Source: Ignavibacteria bacterium (GTDB lineage: Bacteria; Bacteroidota; Ignavibacteria; Tepidaquicellales; OLB5). Taken from it: DNA of 64,000 bases. The stretch lies in NCBI GenBank assembly GCA_030835025.1, contig JAUQWS010000071.1, positions 20,365 to 84,364 of the forward strand. Reading direction: 5' to 3'. The notes under the pieces were generated by a model. The model was given only the letters and a program-made list of their open reading frames with translations, did not search any database and was not told the DNA's origin. This document shows positions 33,739 through 43,498 of the stretch, piece by piece (the first letter of the stretch is position 1; each line of letters opens with the position of its first letter). The position numbers and the translations under genes were made by a program.

Positions 33739-35979
33739 ATGAACAATATAAAGAGATTTCTGATAATTATTGCACTCTTGATACCTGTTTCTGTTTTAGC
33801 GCAGAGTGTCAAAGGGGTGGTATCAACTACTGCAGAAAATAAGAAAGAGTTCCTTGAAGATGCAGTAGTTAAGTGGATAAATACTACAAAAGGAACAATT
33901 ACAAACAAAGAGGGAAATTTTGAACTGTCAACTTCAGGCATAACCGATAAGAGGCTTGTTGTATCATATACCGGATTTAAGAAAGATACGATTGATGCTG
34001 AAGGAAAAGACTTTGTAGAAATAGAGCTTCTGCCGAATTCTTCAACTTCAACAATTCTGGTAGAGGATCAGAAGAAATCAACCAGCTTTGGGAATTATAA
34101 CGCCAAGACAGAGGTAATATCATCGCAGGAATTAGTTAAAGAAGCCTGCTGTGACCTTGCCGGATGTTTCGGCAGGAATTCATCCGTAGAAGTGGCGGTC
34201 ACAGATATCATTACAGACAGCAAAGAGCTTAAGATACTCGGTCTTGAAGGAGCATATACCCAGCTCTTAGTGGATAATATGCCGCTGCTTACCGGGCTTA
34301 ATGTTAAATACGGCATCAGCAGTATCCCCGGCACTTCAATAGATAAGATAACCGTTTCAAAAGGTTCAAACTCCGTCATACAGGGTTATGAATCCATTAG
34401 CGGTATTATGAATGTTATACTTAAGGACTACAATAACTCCGAGAGACTGCTTGTGAACGGCTTTGTTAACGGAGGGCTGGAAAAACAGTTCAACCTTAAC
34501 TTCGCCAACAAAATAAGCGGCAAGTGGAATAATATCCTGATGCTCCATTCCGTTCAGAAATCGAATGTTATGGATGATAATGCAGACGGTTTCCTTGATA
34601 ACCCGTTAATTACACGGTACGTTGTTTACAATAAATGGAATTTCAAGGATAAGAAAAAAACCACTGATTTCAACATTGCAGCAAGATACTGGAATGAAGA
34701 ACGCGTCGGCGGACAGAGAGATGATGTTCATGGAAGTACTCACATTCCGGGCACTCCGCTTTATGAGCAAACTGCGAAGATAAACTCTGTTGAAGGATAT
34801 TCCAGGTTCAGCAAACAGTTTACCGGCGGTGCTGACATGAAAATGTATCTCACCTCTTCATACTATGACCAGAAATCCATGTACGGAAAGACAAGATACG
34901 ATGCCCTGCAGACGAACTTTTCCGTGATGGGATTTTATGAATTTGAAGTCATGCCGAGAGGCTTTTTGAAGACAGGGTTGAGCTATAAATACATTAAGAT
35001 AGATGAAGAAATTGAATTCGGTAACACTACAACAAAAACATATGCCGGAAATTATCTGAAAAAGGAATCGATACCGGGTGTGTTTGCGGAAAACTCAGTG
35101 AGTTTCTTTGATAACAAGGCATCGCTTATGACAGGAATAAGATTTGATTACCACAACGAGCATAAGCTAATTGTAACACCAAGGGCTTTGTTCCGCTATC
35201 AGCCTGTTAAGGTGCTGGTTTTCAGGGCGTCTGTGGGTTCGGGTTTCAGGACGATCAATCTTTTCAGCGAATACTCCAGCATACTTGCAAGCTCAAGGAA
35301 TATTGTAATTGCAGAAGAACTTGAACCGGAAAAGGTGCTGAACTACGGTGCAGATGTTATCTATTATTTTGGCGGCGATGGGCTGAGCGGGAACCTTAAC
35401 TTTGACTATTACCGCACGGATTTTTCAAATAAGATAATTCCTGATTACGATACCCATCCTTCTGAAGTGATATTTGCAAACCTCGAAGGCAAAGCGTTTT
35501 CAAATGTATTCCAGTCAGAGCTGAGCCTGACAGTACTTCGGGATATTGATCTTAAATTCGCATATAAGTATATAGACCTTAAATACGAAAAAAACGGAGT
35601 ATTGACCGATCAGCCATTTAATTCAAAACACAGGATACTTTCAACTTTCTCGTACTCTCATCCTAGCAAAACGTGGAGCGTAAGCGCGGGAATGAACTGG
35701 TTCAGCGGCCAGAGGCTGCCTTCAACTGCATCAAACCCTGAACTGTATCAATTGTCAACAGAGTCCGAGCCTTACATGCTACTAAATGCGCAGGTGAACA
35801 AAAATTTCAAGTTCATCGAGTTTTACGCGGGAGTTGAGAACCTGCTGAACTTCAAACAGGATAATCCGATAATCGCAGCTGATGATCCTTTCGGTCCTTA
35901 TTTTGACACGTCGTTCATTTGGGGACCCACACGCGGCAGAGAATTGTATGCCGGATTCAGGTTTATTCTGGGAAAGTAA
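33739..35979 (+). CDS. TonB-dependent receptor with a CarboxypepD_reg-like N-terminus
   Basis: Starting at ATG 33739 gives a signal peptide, MNNIKRFLIIIALLIPVSVLAQ. The ORF-track start at 33679 overlaps the YHS gene. The plug region reads LAGCFGRNSSVEVAVTDIITDSKELKILGLEG..TQLLVDNMP. The barrel ends RGRELYAGFRFILGK. Confidence 0.88.
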   Translation: MNNIKRFLIIIALLIPVSVLAQSVKGVVSTTAENKKEFLEDAVVKWINTTKGTITNKEGNFELSTSGITDKRLVVSYTGFKKDTIDAEGKDFVEIELLPNSSTSTILVEDQKKSTSFGNYNAKTEVISSQELVKEACCDLAGCFGRNSSVEVAVTDIITDSKELKILGLEGAYTQLLVDNMPLLTGLNVKYGISSIPGTSIDKITVSKGSNSVIQGYESISGIMNVILKDYNNSERLLVNGFVNGGLEKQFNLNFANKISGKWNNILMLHSVQKSNVMDDNADGFLDNPLITRYVVYNKWNFKDKKKTTDFNIAARYWNEERVGGQRDDVHGSTHIPGTPLYEQTAKINSVEGYSRFSKQFTGGADMKMYLTSSYYDQKSMYGKTRYDALQTNFSVMGFYEFEVMPRGFLKTGLSYKYIKIDEEIEFGNTTTKTYAGNYLKKESIPGVFAENSVSFFDNKASLMTGIRFDYHNEHKLIVTPRALFRYQPVKVLVFRASVGSGFRTINLFSEYSSILASSRNIVIAEELEPEKVLNYGADVIYYFGGDGLSGNLNFDYYRTDFSNKIIPDYDTHPSEVIFANLEGKAFSNVFQSELSLTVLRDIDLKFAYKYIDLKYEKNGVLTDQPFNSKHRILSTFSYSHPSKTWSVSAGMNWFSGQRLPSTASNPELYQLSTESEPYMLLNAQVNKNFKFIEFYAGVENLLNFKQDNPIIAADDPFGPYFDTSFIWGPTRGRELYAGFRFILGK

Positions 35980-36020
35980 ATTTAAGGGTATGGCAGGAGT
36001 TCTTACCTGTTTGCCTCGTA

Positions 36021-36060
36021 AACCTGACAGGATGATTTAGCCTGTCAGGTTTTCTTTTTC
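36021..36060 (+). terminator. Rho-independent terminator
   Basis: An 11-bp stem, aacctgacagg (36021-31) with cctgtcaggtt (36041-51), is followed by tttctttttc. Confidence 0.75.
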
Positions 36061-36106
36061 CTTATCTTCATTTAAACTCTGTAAACTTACCCTTATATTC
36101 GCATAA

Positions 36107-36862
36107 ATGTACAGAATCAAGCTAAATGAATTCGAAGGTCCGCTGGACCTGCTGCTTTTCTTTATCCAGCGGGATGAGCTTGATATACATAATATCCCCA
36201 TATCAAAAATAACCAATGAATTCTGTGAATATGTAAATTATATCCAGGTGCTCGATCTTGAACTTGCCAGTGAATTCATCCTGATGGCAGCGACCCTTAT
36301 TCAGATCAAAGCCAAAATGATGCTGTATAAGCCCGAAGAAGCAGTTGAAGAGGAAGAAGATCCGCGCTATGAACTTGTTAAGAGACTGCTGGAATACAAA
36401 AGATTCAAAGATGCATCAGCGGAATTCGGTACATTGGAAGAAGAGCATCGCAAGGTGTTTTACCGGAATGATTTTGATGCAGATTACAGGATTGATGAAT
36501 CCATTGAAGAGGACGTAAGCATTCAAAACCTCACGCTGTATAATCTTATTAAGGCTTATAAGTATGCAATGGAACACCAGCCGAAAGAAGTTGTACATAA
36601 TATTACAAGGCTGAATGTATCCATTGATGAGCAGATAGAGCATGTAAACTCCCTTTGCTCCGAAAATGTCGAAGTTTCATTCCTGGAGATGATATTGGGA
36701 ATGGAGAAGATCAGGATTGTTGTTACCTTCATAGCTATACTCGAAATGGCCAAAAACGGAATATTAGGCATAAAAATTAACGAAACCTTGACAGATTTTA
36801 TCATTTTTAAGATAGCAGAGCTGCCTGAAGAGGGCATAATTGAGACCTCGAGTTTTAATTGA
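36107..36862 (+). CDS. scpA: Segregation and condensation protein A
   Basis: 251 aa. The N-terminal signature is FEGPLDLLLFFIQRDELDI, and ASEFILMAATLIQIKAKMML follows. Confidence 0.9.
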   Translation: MYRIKLNEFEGPLDLLLFFIQRDELDIHNIPISKITNEFCEYVNYIQVLDLELASEFILMAATLIQIKAKMMLYKPEEAVEEEEDPRYELVKRLLEYKRFKDASAEFGTLEEEHRKVFYRNDFDADYRIDESIEEDVSIQNLTLYNLIKAYKYAMEHQPKEVVHNITRLNVSIDEQIEHVNSLCSENVEVSFLEMILGMEKIRIVVTFIAILEMAKNGILGIKINETLTDFIIFKIAELPEEGIIETSSFN

Positions 36863-36939
36863 AAATTACCGATTTTTCTCTTTATTTAGCTCAAAAGCTT
36901 TATTATATTACAACTCAACAATAACTTATACTTTTTCTG

Positions 36940-36947
36940 TATATTTG
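36940..36947 (+). promoter_or_regulatory. Bacteroidetes-type -7 promoter box (TAnnTTTG)
   Basis: tatatttg lies in the 150-bp scpA-scpB spacer, 66 bp upstream of the scpB ATG. Confidence 0.25.
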
Positions 36948-37012
36948 CGAGTGTGGTATATCGCAGTCCGGCTCTTTGTAAAAACCTGTTTTTAACATAA
37001 TTAATACCATAA

Positions 37013-37813
37013 ATGAACTCAGAAGCCATCAAAAAGATCGCGGAGGTTTTAATCTTTTCATCAGATAGACCCCTTACACTGAAACAGATGAAAGATATAA
37101 TCAACGAGGAAAAAGCCGAAACAGGGGTAACTGCTGACATAAGGGTTATAGAAAAGGCTATGAATGAGCTTATTGAAAAGTATGCTTCTGATGAATATTC
37201 ATTCAGCATTATCCAGCTTGCAGGGGCTTACAGATTTGCAACTAAGCGGAATTACGCTCCCTGGCTTGCAAAACTGAACAAAGAGAAGCTTAAAAGAAGG
37301 CTTTCTCAGTCAGCGCTGGAAACACTTGCAATTATTGCCTATAACCAGCCTATCACAAAATCTGAAATAGAAGCAGTCAGGGGAGTGAATGTTGATTATA
37401 TTATCGGTTCACTTCTTGAAAAGGACCTGATAACAATTAAGGGCCGCGCAGAAGTTGTCGGCAGGCCAATGCTTTACGGCACCACTGATAACCTGCTTGA
37501 GTATCTTGGCATTAATTCTATTGGTGATCTTCCTCATCTTAAGGCAATTGAAGAAATCATTAAATCGGGCCCGCCCGAAGGTGTATCTCAATCCGATATT
37601 GATTTTTATGAAGAGATCAATACGATCAGAGAGAAGATGGCATCTGGAACAGTCACAGAGGATTCAGCAGGTACGGCAAATATCCATGAATTGAATTCTG
37701 AGAATAATGATAATGGTGAAGTTATGATAGATGAAAACACATTAGAAGAAAGCGCCGAAGCGGATACTGACCGGGCTGAAGAGAATACGGAAGATGGCTC
37801 AAAAGAAGAATAA
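37013..37813 (+). CDS. scpB: Segregation and condensation protein B with an acidic C-terminal tail
   Basis: 266 aa. Motifs seen: LSQSALETLAIIAYNQPITKSEIEAVRGV and GRPMLYGTT. The tail is Glu/Asp-rich. Confidence 0.9.
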   Translation: MNSEAIKKIAEVLIFSSDRPLTLKQMKDIINEEKAETGVTADIRVIEKAMNELIEKYASDEYSFSIIQLAGAYRFATKRNYAPWLAKLNKEKLKRRLSQSALETLAIIAYNQPITKSEIEAVRGVNVDYIIGSLLEKDLITIKGRAEVVGRPMLYGTTDNLLEYLGINSIGDLPHLKAIEEIIKSGPPEGVSQSDIDFYEEINTIREKMASGTVTEDSAGTANIHELNSENNDNGEVMIDENTLEESAEADTDRAEENTEDGSKEE

Positions 37814-38753
37814 CGAAGAAGAAAAACTTACAAGACTAAATAAATTCATTTCAAATGCGGGAGTTACCGCCAGAAGAAAAGCAGACGAATTAATTTTTAC
37901 AGGGAGGGTTACAGTAAACATGCAGACTGTTACAGAACCGGGCACCAAAGTTAACCCGGAAAAGGACGTAGTGAAGGTCGACGGCGAAAAGGTTAAGCCG
38001 CAGTCAGAGTTCATTTACGTCGTCCTTTTTAAGCCGAGGGGCTATGTAACAACCACCCACGACGAAAAAGGAAGACCGACCGTAATGGATCTTATCGGCC
38101 TCAATACACGCCTGTATCCTATAGGCAGGCTTGATTATGATACTGATGGTGTACTTTTACTTACGAACGACGGTGAGTTTTCTAATATGATGATGCATCC
38201 GCGTCACAAGGTTTTCAAAACATATTTCGCTAAGCTGGATAAACCCATCGAAGAACCTGATATGAAGAAGCTTCGCGAAGGGATAATTATTGATGGAAGG
38301 CCCACGTCAAGGGCAAAGGTCAGGATAATCCCCAATACGGCTGACCAGAATATCTGGATATCGATTCACGAAGGCAGGAACCGCCAGGTGAGAAGAATGC
38401 TTGAAACCCTTGGATACATAGTACAAAGACTCAAACGTGTTGAATATGCAAGAATTGGGCTTGACGGCTTAAAGCCGGGTGAGTGGCGCTACCTTTCAGA
38501 GGAAGAGCTCGCAAACGCCCGGAAACTGGCTACTCCCAAGCAGCCAGTATTCAGGAAACCCGAGAGTGAAGGAGCACCACCGGCAGATAAAAAGGGCAAA
38601 AAAGGCGGAAAGAAAAAGAAGAAGAAAGACAAGAAGAAAAAAGAACAGCTTGCGGATTCACCGCCGCAGCCCGCCTCAGACTCTGACGTGCTGGAAAGCA
38701 TTTCAAAGGAACTTGAGAATATTTCTGAACAGATACAGGATACCAAAGAGTAA
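37794..38753 (+). CDS. rluB: rRNA pseudouridine synthase (RluB/RsuA family) with a Lys-rich C-terminal tail
   Basis: 319 aa. The S4 domain reads RLNKFISNAGVTARRKADELI and the catalytic motif is GRLDYDTDGVLLLTNDG. NRQVRRM is also present. The tail is KKGKKGGKKKKKKDKKKKE. Confidence 0.9.
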   Translation: MAQKKNNEEEKLTRLNKFISNAGVTARRKADELIFTGRVTVNMQTVTEPGTKVNPEKDVVKVDGEKVKPQSEFIYVVLFKPRGYVTTTHDEKGRPTVMDLIGLNTRLYPIGRLDYDTDGVLLLTNDGEFSNMMMHPRHKVFKTYFAKLDKPIEEPDMKKLREGIIIDGRPTSRAKVRIIPNTADQNIWISIHEGRNRQVRRMLETLGYIVQRLKRVEYARIGLDGLKPGEWRYLSEEELANARKLATPKQPVFRKPESEGAPPADKKGKKGGKKKKKKDKKKKEQLADSPPQPASDSDVLESISKELENISEQIQDTKE

Positions 38754-38886
38754 ACATTTAAATATACATAGCCTTGATCTCTGAGTAACAAAGGTCAAAG
38801 CTTAATAAGGGCACATGATAGGCTAATGATTTTTTGGTATATGATTGTGTCCTTTTTTATTATAAAATTATTCACAGGGAGATTTT

Positions 38887-40452
38887 TTGCAGGAAATTAA
38901 CGATCTGATACAAAGCCGCTTAAATGCGCTCGAAGAAATCAAAAAGCTTGGAGTAAATCCATATCCGCACAGGTTTCAAGTAAGCACAAGTTCCGAAGAA
39001 GTTCTTGCTTCTTTTAAGGACCCCGCCGATGAAAAAGAAGCAGGGGAACAAAAGAACAAAACTGTTTCTGTAGCGGGCAGAATTATGGCTATACGCAAGA
39101 TGGGTAAAGCAAGCTTTTGCCATATAAAAGATGACAAGGGCAGGATACAGATATATATAAGGCAAAATGATGTTGGTGAAGATGGGTACAAGCTTTTCAA
39201 ATTGCTTGATATTGGCGATATAATCGGTGTTAACGGATTCGTATTCCGCACAAAGATGGGTGAAGTCTCAATCCATGCAACGAAGCTCGAATTGCTGACG
39301 AAAACTATACAGCCGCTGCCTGTTGTTAAAGAGGAAACTACAGAGAACGGCGAAAAGATAGTCCACGATGCGTTTGCTGATGTTGAACTGCGCTACAGGC
39401 AGAGATATATCGATCTGATAGTTAACGACAAAGTTAAAGATACATTTGTCAAAAGGACTAAGATCATCCAGTCGATCAAACGGACACTGGAAGGCTATGG
39501 ATTTTTTGAAGTTGAAACTCCAACACTGCAATCTGTTTACGGCGGAGCAAATGCAAAGCCGTTTGTCACTCACCATAACACTCTGGATATTGATCTTTAT
39601 CTCAGAATATCCAATGAGCTGTTCCTGAAAAGGCTTATTGTTGGCGGTTTCAACCGCGTGTATGAATTCGTCAGAGATTTCAGGAATGAAGGTATAGATA
39701 GAACTCACAACCCTGAATTTACACAGGTTGAGTGGTACCAGGCTTATGGTGATTATAACGACAGCATGAACCTGTACGAAGAAGTTGTGGAAAAAGCATG
39801 TCTTGATATTCACGGCACAACCGAAATTGAATACCAGGAAACTCAGCTCAGCTTCAAGCGCCCGTGGAAAAGACTAAAGATGGTTGATGCGATCAAGGAG
39901 ATCAACGGCATCGATGTGCTTAACATGACAAAAGCTGATATCATTAAGTTTATGAATGATAAAGGGATCGGTTTTGATACAAAAATTTCGCACAACAAGG
40001 GTCTTCTTATTGCAGCTCTTTTTGAGGAAACCTGCGAAGAAAGTCTTGTTCAGCCAACATTTTTACTTGACCACCCGCTGGATACTACTCCTCTTTGTAA
40101 GCCTCTCAGGCAGTATACAATGCAGCAGCTTGAAGATATGAAAAAAGATCCCGAGCAGGTCATTTTTGCAGAAAGGTTTGAGCCGTATATCAACAAATGG
40201 GAGCTTGGCAATTCATACACAGAACTCAACGACCCGATCCTGCAGCGTGCACTTCTTGAAGAACAGGTAGAGCGCGGCAGAGGCGGCGAAGAGGAAACTC
40301 ACCCGCTGGATGAGGATTTCCTGAACGCAATTGAAGTTGGTATGCCGCCTACAACGGGTGTTGGACTTGGCGTTGACAGGCTTGTAATGCTGCTGACCGA
40401 TTCAGCAACAATTCGTGACGTTCTCTTTTTCCCATTGATGAGACCCATCTGA
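38887..40452 (+). CDS. lysS: Lysine--tRNA ligase (class II)
   Basis: 521 aa with a TTG start. The OB-fold region reads VSVAGRIMAIRKMGKASFCHIKD. Motif 2 is FRNEGIDRTHNPEFT and motif 3 is GVGLGVDRLVMLLT. Confidence 0.93.
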   Translation: MQEINDLIQSRLNALEEIKKLGVNPYPHRFQVSTSSEEVLASFKDPADEKEAGEQKNKTVSVAGRIMAIRKMGKASFCHIKDDKGRIQIYIRQNDVGEDGYKLFKLLDIGDIIGVNGFVFRTKMGEVSIHATKLELLTKTIQPLPVVKEETTENGEKIVHDAFADVELRYRQRYIDLIVNDKVKDTFVKRTKIIQSIKRTLEGYGFFEVETPTLQSVYGGANAKPFVTHHNTLDIDLYLRISNELFLKRLIVGGFNRVYEFVRDFRNEGIDRTHNPEFTQVEWYQAYGDYNDSMNLYEEVVEKACLDIHGTTEIEYQETQLSFKRPWKRLKMVDAIKEINGIDVLNMTKADIIKFMNDKGIGFDTKISHNKGLLIAALFEETCEESLVQPTFLLDHPLDTTPLCKPLRQYTMQQLEDMKKDPEQVIFAERFEPYINKWELGNSYTELNDPILQRALLEEQVERGRGGEEETHPLDEDFLNAIEVGMPPTTGVGLGVDRLVMLLTDSATIRDVLFFPLMRPI

Positions 40453-40472
40453 ATTATCATTTAGGACCATTA

Positions 40473-40949
40473 ATGACGGAAAAGTTAACCAGCAAAGAGT
40501 TCTTTGAAGAAAAAAAAGATGGATTCCTTATCAGCACAGATAAGCTTAAGCTTGATGCCGCGTCAATTCACGATTATCTGAGCAACCATTCATACTGGTC
40601 GGGCGGGATACCGTTTGAGACCGTTGAAAGGTCACTTGAGAATTCTGTTTGTTTTGGGCTGTATAAAAATGAAAAACAGATAGGCCTCGCGCGCGTTGTA
40701 ACAGATAAGGCAACATTTGCCTATCTTGGAGATGTCTATGTTCTGGAAGAATACCGGGGCAGGGGACTCTCGAAATGGCTGATGGAATGCGTTTTAAAAC
40801 ATCCGGAACTGCAGGGGTTCAGAAGATGGATGCTCCTCACCCGCGATGCCCAGGAGTTGTACAGAAAATTCGGATTTACTGAATTCCATGCTCCTGAGCG
40901 TTGTATGGAGCTGTGGTTTCCTGAAGTATATAAGAAAAATAAAGAATGA
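40473..40949 (+). CDS. GNAT-family N-acetyltransferase
   Basis: 158 aa. The acetyl-CoA motif A is [21 protein letters not shown]. Confidence 0.8.
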   Translation: MTEKLTSKEFFEEKKDGFLISTDKLKLDAASIHDYLSNHSYWSGGIPFETVERSLENSVCFGLYKNEKQIGLARVVTDKATFAYLGDVYVLEEYRGRGLSKWLMECVLKHPELQGFRRWMLLTRDAQELYRKFGFTEFHAPERCMELWFPEVYKKNKE

Positions 40950-42304
40950 AAGTCGCCAACAGCATATTGGATTTATTCGGCAAAACACCCCTGGTTAGGC
41001 TTAATCACCTGACCAAAGGAATTAAGGCAACTGTATACGCAAAGATGGAATCTATGAATCCGGGCGGAAGCGTTAAGGATAGAATTGGTATTGCAATGAT
41101 TGAAGATGCAGAGATTAGGGGAGTCCTTGAGCCGGGCGGCACAATTATCGAAGCAACCAGCGGGAATACAGGAATCGGACTTGCAGTTGCCGCTGCTGCA
41201 AAAGGCTACAAATGCATTTTCGTGATGACCGAAAAGGTTTCCGTTGAAAAACGCAGATATTTGCAGGCTCTTGGAGCCGATGTGGTTATCTGCCCGATGA
41301 CCGCGAAGAACGATACTCCCGAACATTATGTAAGCGTTGCAAAAAGAATTGCACATGAAACACACAACTCCCTTTTTATGTACCAATATAATAATCCCGC
41401 TAACCCCGAAGCGCATTATCACTCAACCGGACCCGAATTGTGGGAACAAACCAAAGGTAAAATAACACATTTTGTTTCGAGCATCGGAACCGGCGGCACC
41501 ATTAGCGGTACAGGCAGGTATCTAAAAGAGAAAAATCCAAAGATCAGGGTAATAGCTGCAGATCCTTACGGCTCGATTTTCAAAACGTACAAAGAGTCAG
41601 GTGTAATGACCGAAGGCACTCCATACCTGGTTGAAGGAATCGGTCAGGACATGCTTCCCGAGAATGTTCACTTTAAGTATATTGATGAGATAATCAATGT
41701 TACTGATAAAGATTCATTCCATATGTCACGCCGGCTTGCAAGAGAAGAAGGGATTTTCACCGGCGGCAGTACCGGCACTATAGTCTGTGCGGCACTGAAA
41801 GTAGCCAAAGACCTGACAAAAGATGATATTGTGGTCTTCATAGTCTGCGATACTGGCGAAAGATACTTAAGCAAGCATCATTCAGATGAATGGATGCGCG
41901 AGAAAAGGCTTCTGGAAAAGGATAAAACTACAGTAGGTGTTGTGTTTCAGACCAAACTCTCCGGCGGGCTTCCAAATCTGGTTGGAGCTTCTCCGGATGA
42001 AACAATTGGAATAGCTTTGAGCAGGCTTGAAGAATTTAACGTATCTCAAATGCCCGTGCTGGATAACAATAAGTCAGTTGGCTCTATTTCAGAAGCCGAA
42101 CTAATGAGCAGGATCATTGAGGACCCCGGCATAATCGATAAAAAGGTCAGCGACGTAATGGATTCGCCTTATCCGATAGTAGATGAGGCAGAGGATATCA
42201 AGCACGGAATTCAGCATCTCAAAAAATCACCGGCAGTACTTGTAAGCCAATACGGGAGAATAATCGGAATATTGACAAGAATTGATGTTTTGGATTTTGT
42301 ATAA
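40946..42304 (+). CDS. Cystathionine beta-synthase-like PLP enzyme with a C-terminal CBS-domain pair
   Basis: 452 aa. The PLP-Lys motif is [18 protein letters not shown] and GTGGTISG are also present. The C-terminal 120 aa carry two CBS motifs. An ATGA start/stop overlap links it to the GNAT gene. Confidence 0.88.
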   Translation: MKVANSILDLFGKTPLVRLNHLTKGIKATVYAKMESMNPGGSVKDRIGIAMIEDAEIRGVLEPGGTIIEATSGNTGIGLAVAAAAKGYKCIFVMTEKVSVEKRRYLQALGADVVICPMTAKNDTPEHYVSVAKRIAHETHNSLFMYQYNNPANPEAHYHSTGPELWEQTKGKITHFVSSIGTGGTISGTGRYLKEKNPKIRVIAADPYGSIFKTYKESGVMTEGTPYLVEGIGQDMLPENVHFKYIDEIINVTDKDSFHMSRRLAREEGIFTGGSTGTIVCAALKVAKDLTKDDIVVFIVCDTGERYLSKHHSDEWMREKRLLEKDKTTVGVVFQTKLSGGLPNLVGASPDETIGIALSRLEEFNVSQMPVLDNNKSVGSISEAELMSRIIEDPGIIDKKVSDVMDSPYPIVDEAEDIKHGIQHLKKSPAVLVSQYGRIIGILTRIDVLDFV

Positions 42305-42351
42305 ATAATCTTACTTAGCGTCTTAGCCTCAAATAAAAGAAACATAATAAA

Positions 42352-43497
42352 ATGAAATTTTCTACTAAAGCTATACACGCAGGCAATGAGCCTGAAAAAC
42401 AAACCGGCGCAGTTAATGTGCCTATCTTTGCTACATCTACCTATGCAGATGAAGCGTTCGGTGTTTCCAGGGGTTATGATTACGGGCGGACCATCAATCC
42501 AACCCGTGTTGCGCTTGAAAAGAACCTTGCTGCGCTTGAAAATGGCAGGTACGGATTCGCATTCTCCAGCGGAATGGGTGCAACGCACGCTGTTACGACT
42601 CTTCTCGAAAAAGGCGATCATGTTATTGTGTCGCAAAACGTATATGGCGGCACCTACAGGATCTTTGAGCGAATTTTCCGCAAGCTTGGTTTGGATTTCA
42701 CCTGGGTTGATACTTCAAAGCCCGATGCAATTACCGGCGCTCTAAAGCCCGGTACAAGGATGATATTTGTAGAGACACCTACAAATCCAATGCTTACGCT
42801 GACCGATCTTAAAATGATCTCTGAATTTGCACGCACAAATAAGTTGATCTCAGTCTGCGATAACACTTTCATGAGTCCGTATTTCCAGAATCCGCTTGAT
42901 ATGGGAATTGACATTGTTATACACAGCACAACAAAATATATCAACGGGCACAGCGATGCTATCGGCGGATGCGTTGTGACAAGTAATGATAAAATTGCCG
43001 AACAGATCAAATTTATACAGAATTCCGTTGGTGCAGTACCTTCACCATTTGACTGTTATCTGGTACTCCGCTCAACAAAAACTCTTGCTCTCAGAATGGA
43101 GAAGCATAACTTTAACGCTTGCAAAATAGCAGCTGAGCTTGAAAAGAACTACGCTTCAAAATTCAGGAAAATCATGTACCCGGGCCTGGCATCACACCCT
43201 CAGCATGCACTTGCCAAAGAGCAAATGCGCGGATTTGGCGGAATGATCTCAATCGACCTTGGGTCGCTTGAAAATGCGGTGAAGTTCTTTAACGGACTTA
43301 GGATCTTCTCGAGAGCCGAGTCACTTGGCGGAGTTGAAAGCCTTGTCTGCCATCCTGTCAGTATGACACACGGTGCAGTTCCGAAAGAAGAACGCGAGAA
43401 ATTCGGACTTACCGATGGACTGGTTAGGCTATCTGTCGGCTGCGAAGATTATGAAGACCTGATTGAAGATATTACTAACGCACTGAAAAAACTCTGA
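42352..43497 (+). CDS. Cystathionine gamma-lyase/gamma-synthase family (Cys/Met metabolism PLP enzyme)
   Basis: 381 aa. Motifs seen: YGRTINPT and the PLP-Lys motif HSTTKYINGHSD. The C-terminus reads VRLSVGCEDYEDLIEDI. Confidence 0.9.
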   Translation: MKFSTKAIHAGNEPEKQTGAVNVPIFATSTYADEAFGVSRGYDYGRTINPTRVALEKNLAALENGRYGFAFSSGMGATHAVTTLLEKGDHVIVSQNVYGGTYRIFERIFRKLGLDFTWVDTSKPDAITGALKPGTRMIFVETPTNPMLTLTDLKMISEFARTNKLISVCDNTFMSPYFQNPLDMGIDIVIHSTTKYINGHSDAIGGCVVTSNDKIAEQIKFIQNSVGAVPSPFDCYLVLRSTKTLALRMEKHNFNACKIAAELEKNYASKFRKIMYPGLASHPQHALAKEQMRGFGGMISIDLGSLENAVKFFNGLRIFSRAESLGGVESLVCHPVSMTHGAVPKEEREKFGLTDGLVRLSVGCEDYEDLIEDITNALKKL

Positions 43498-43498
43498 A

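Noticed and set aside
38590-38650. A purine-rich, A-rich low-complexity tract (aaaaagggcaaaaaaggcggaaagaaaaagaagaagaaagacaagaagaaaaaag) that looks like a simple repeat.
   Set aside because: It is in frame within rluB and encodes the Lys-rich tail. It is not a separate repeat element.
38809-38858. A possible terminator after rluB: gggcaca ... tgtgtcc followed by tttttt.
   Set aside because: The 7-bp stem includes a G-U pair and spans a loop of about 30 nt. It is plausible, but not convincing enough to annotate.
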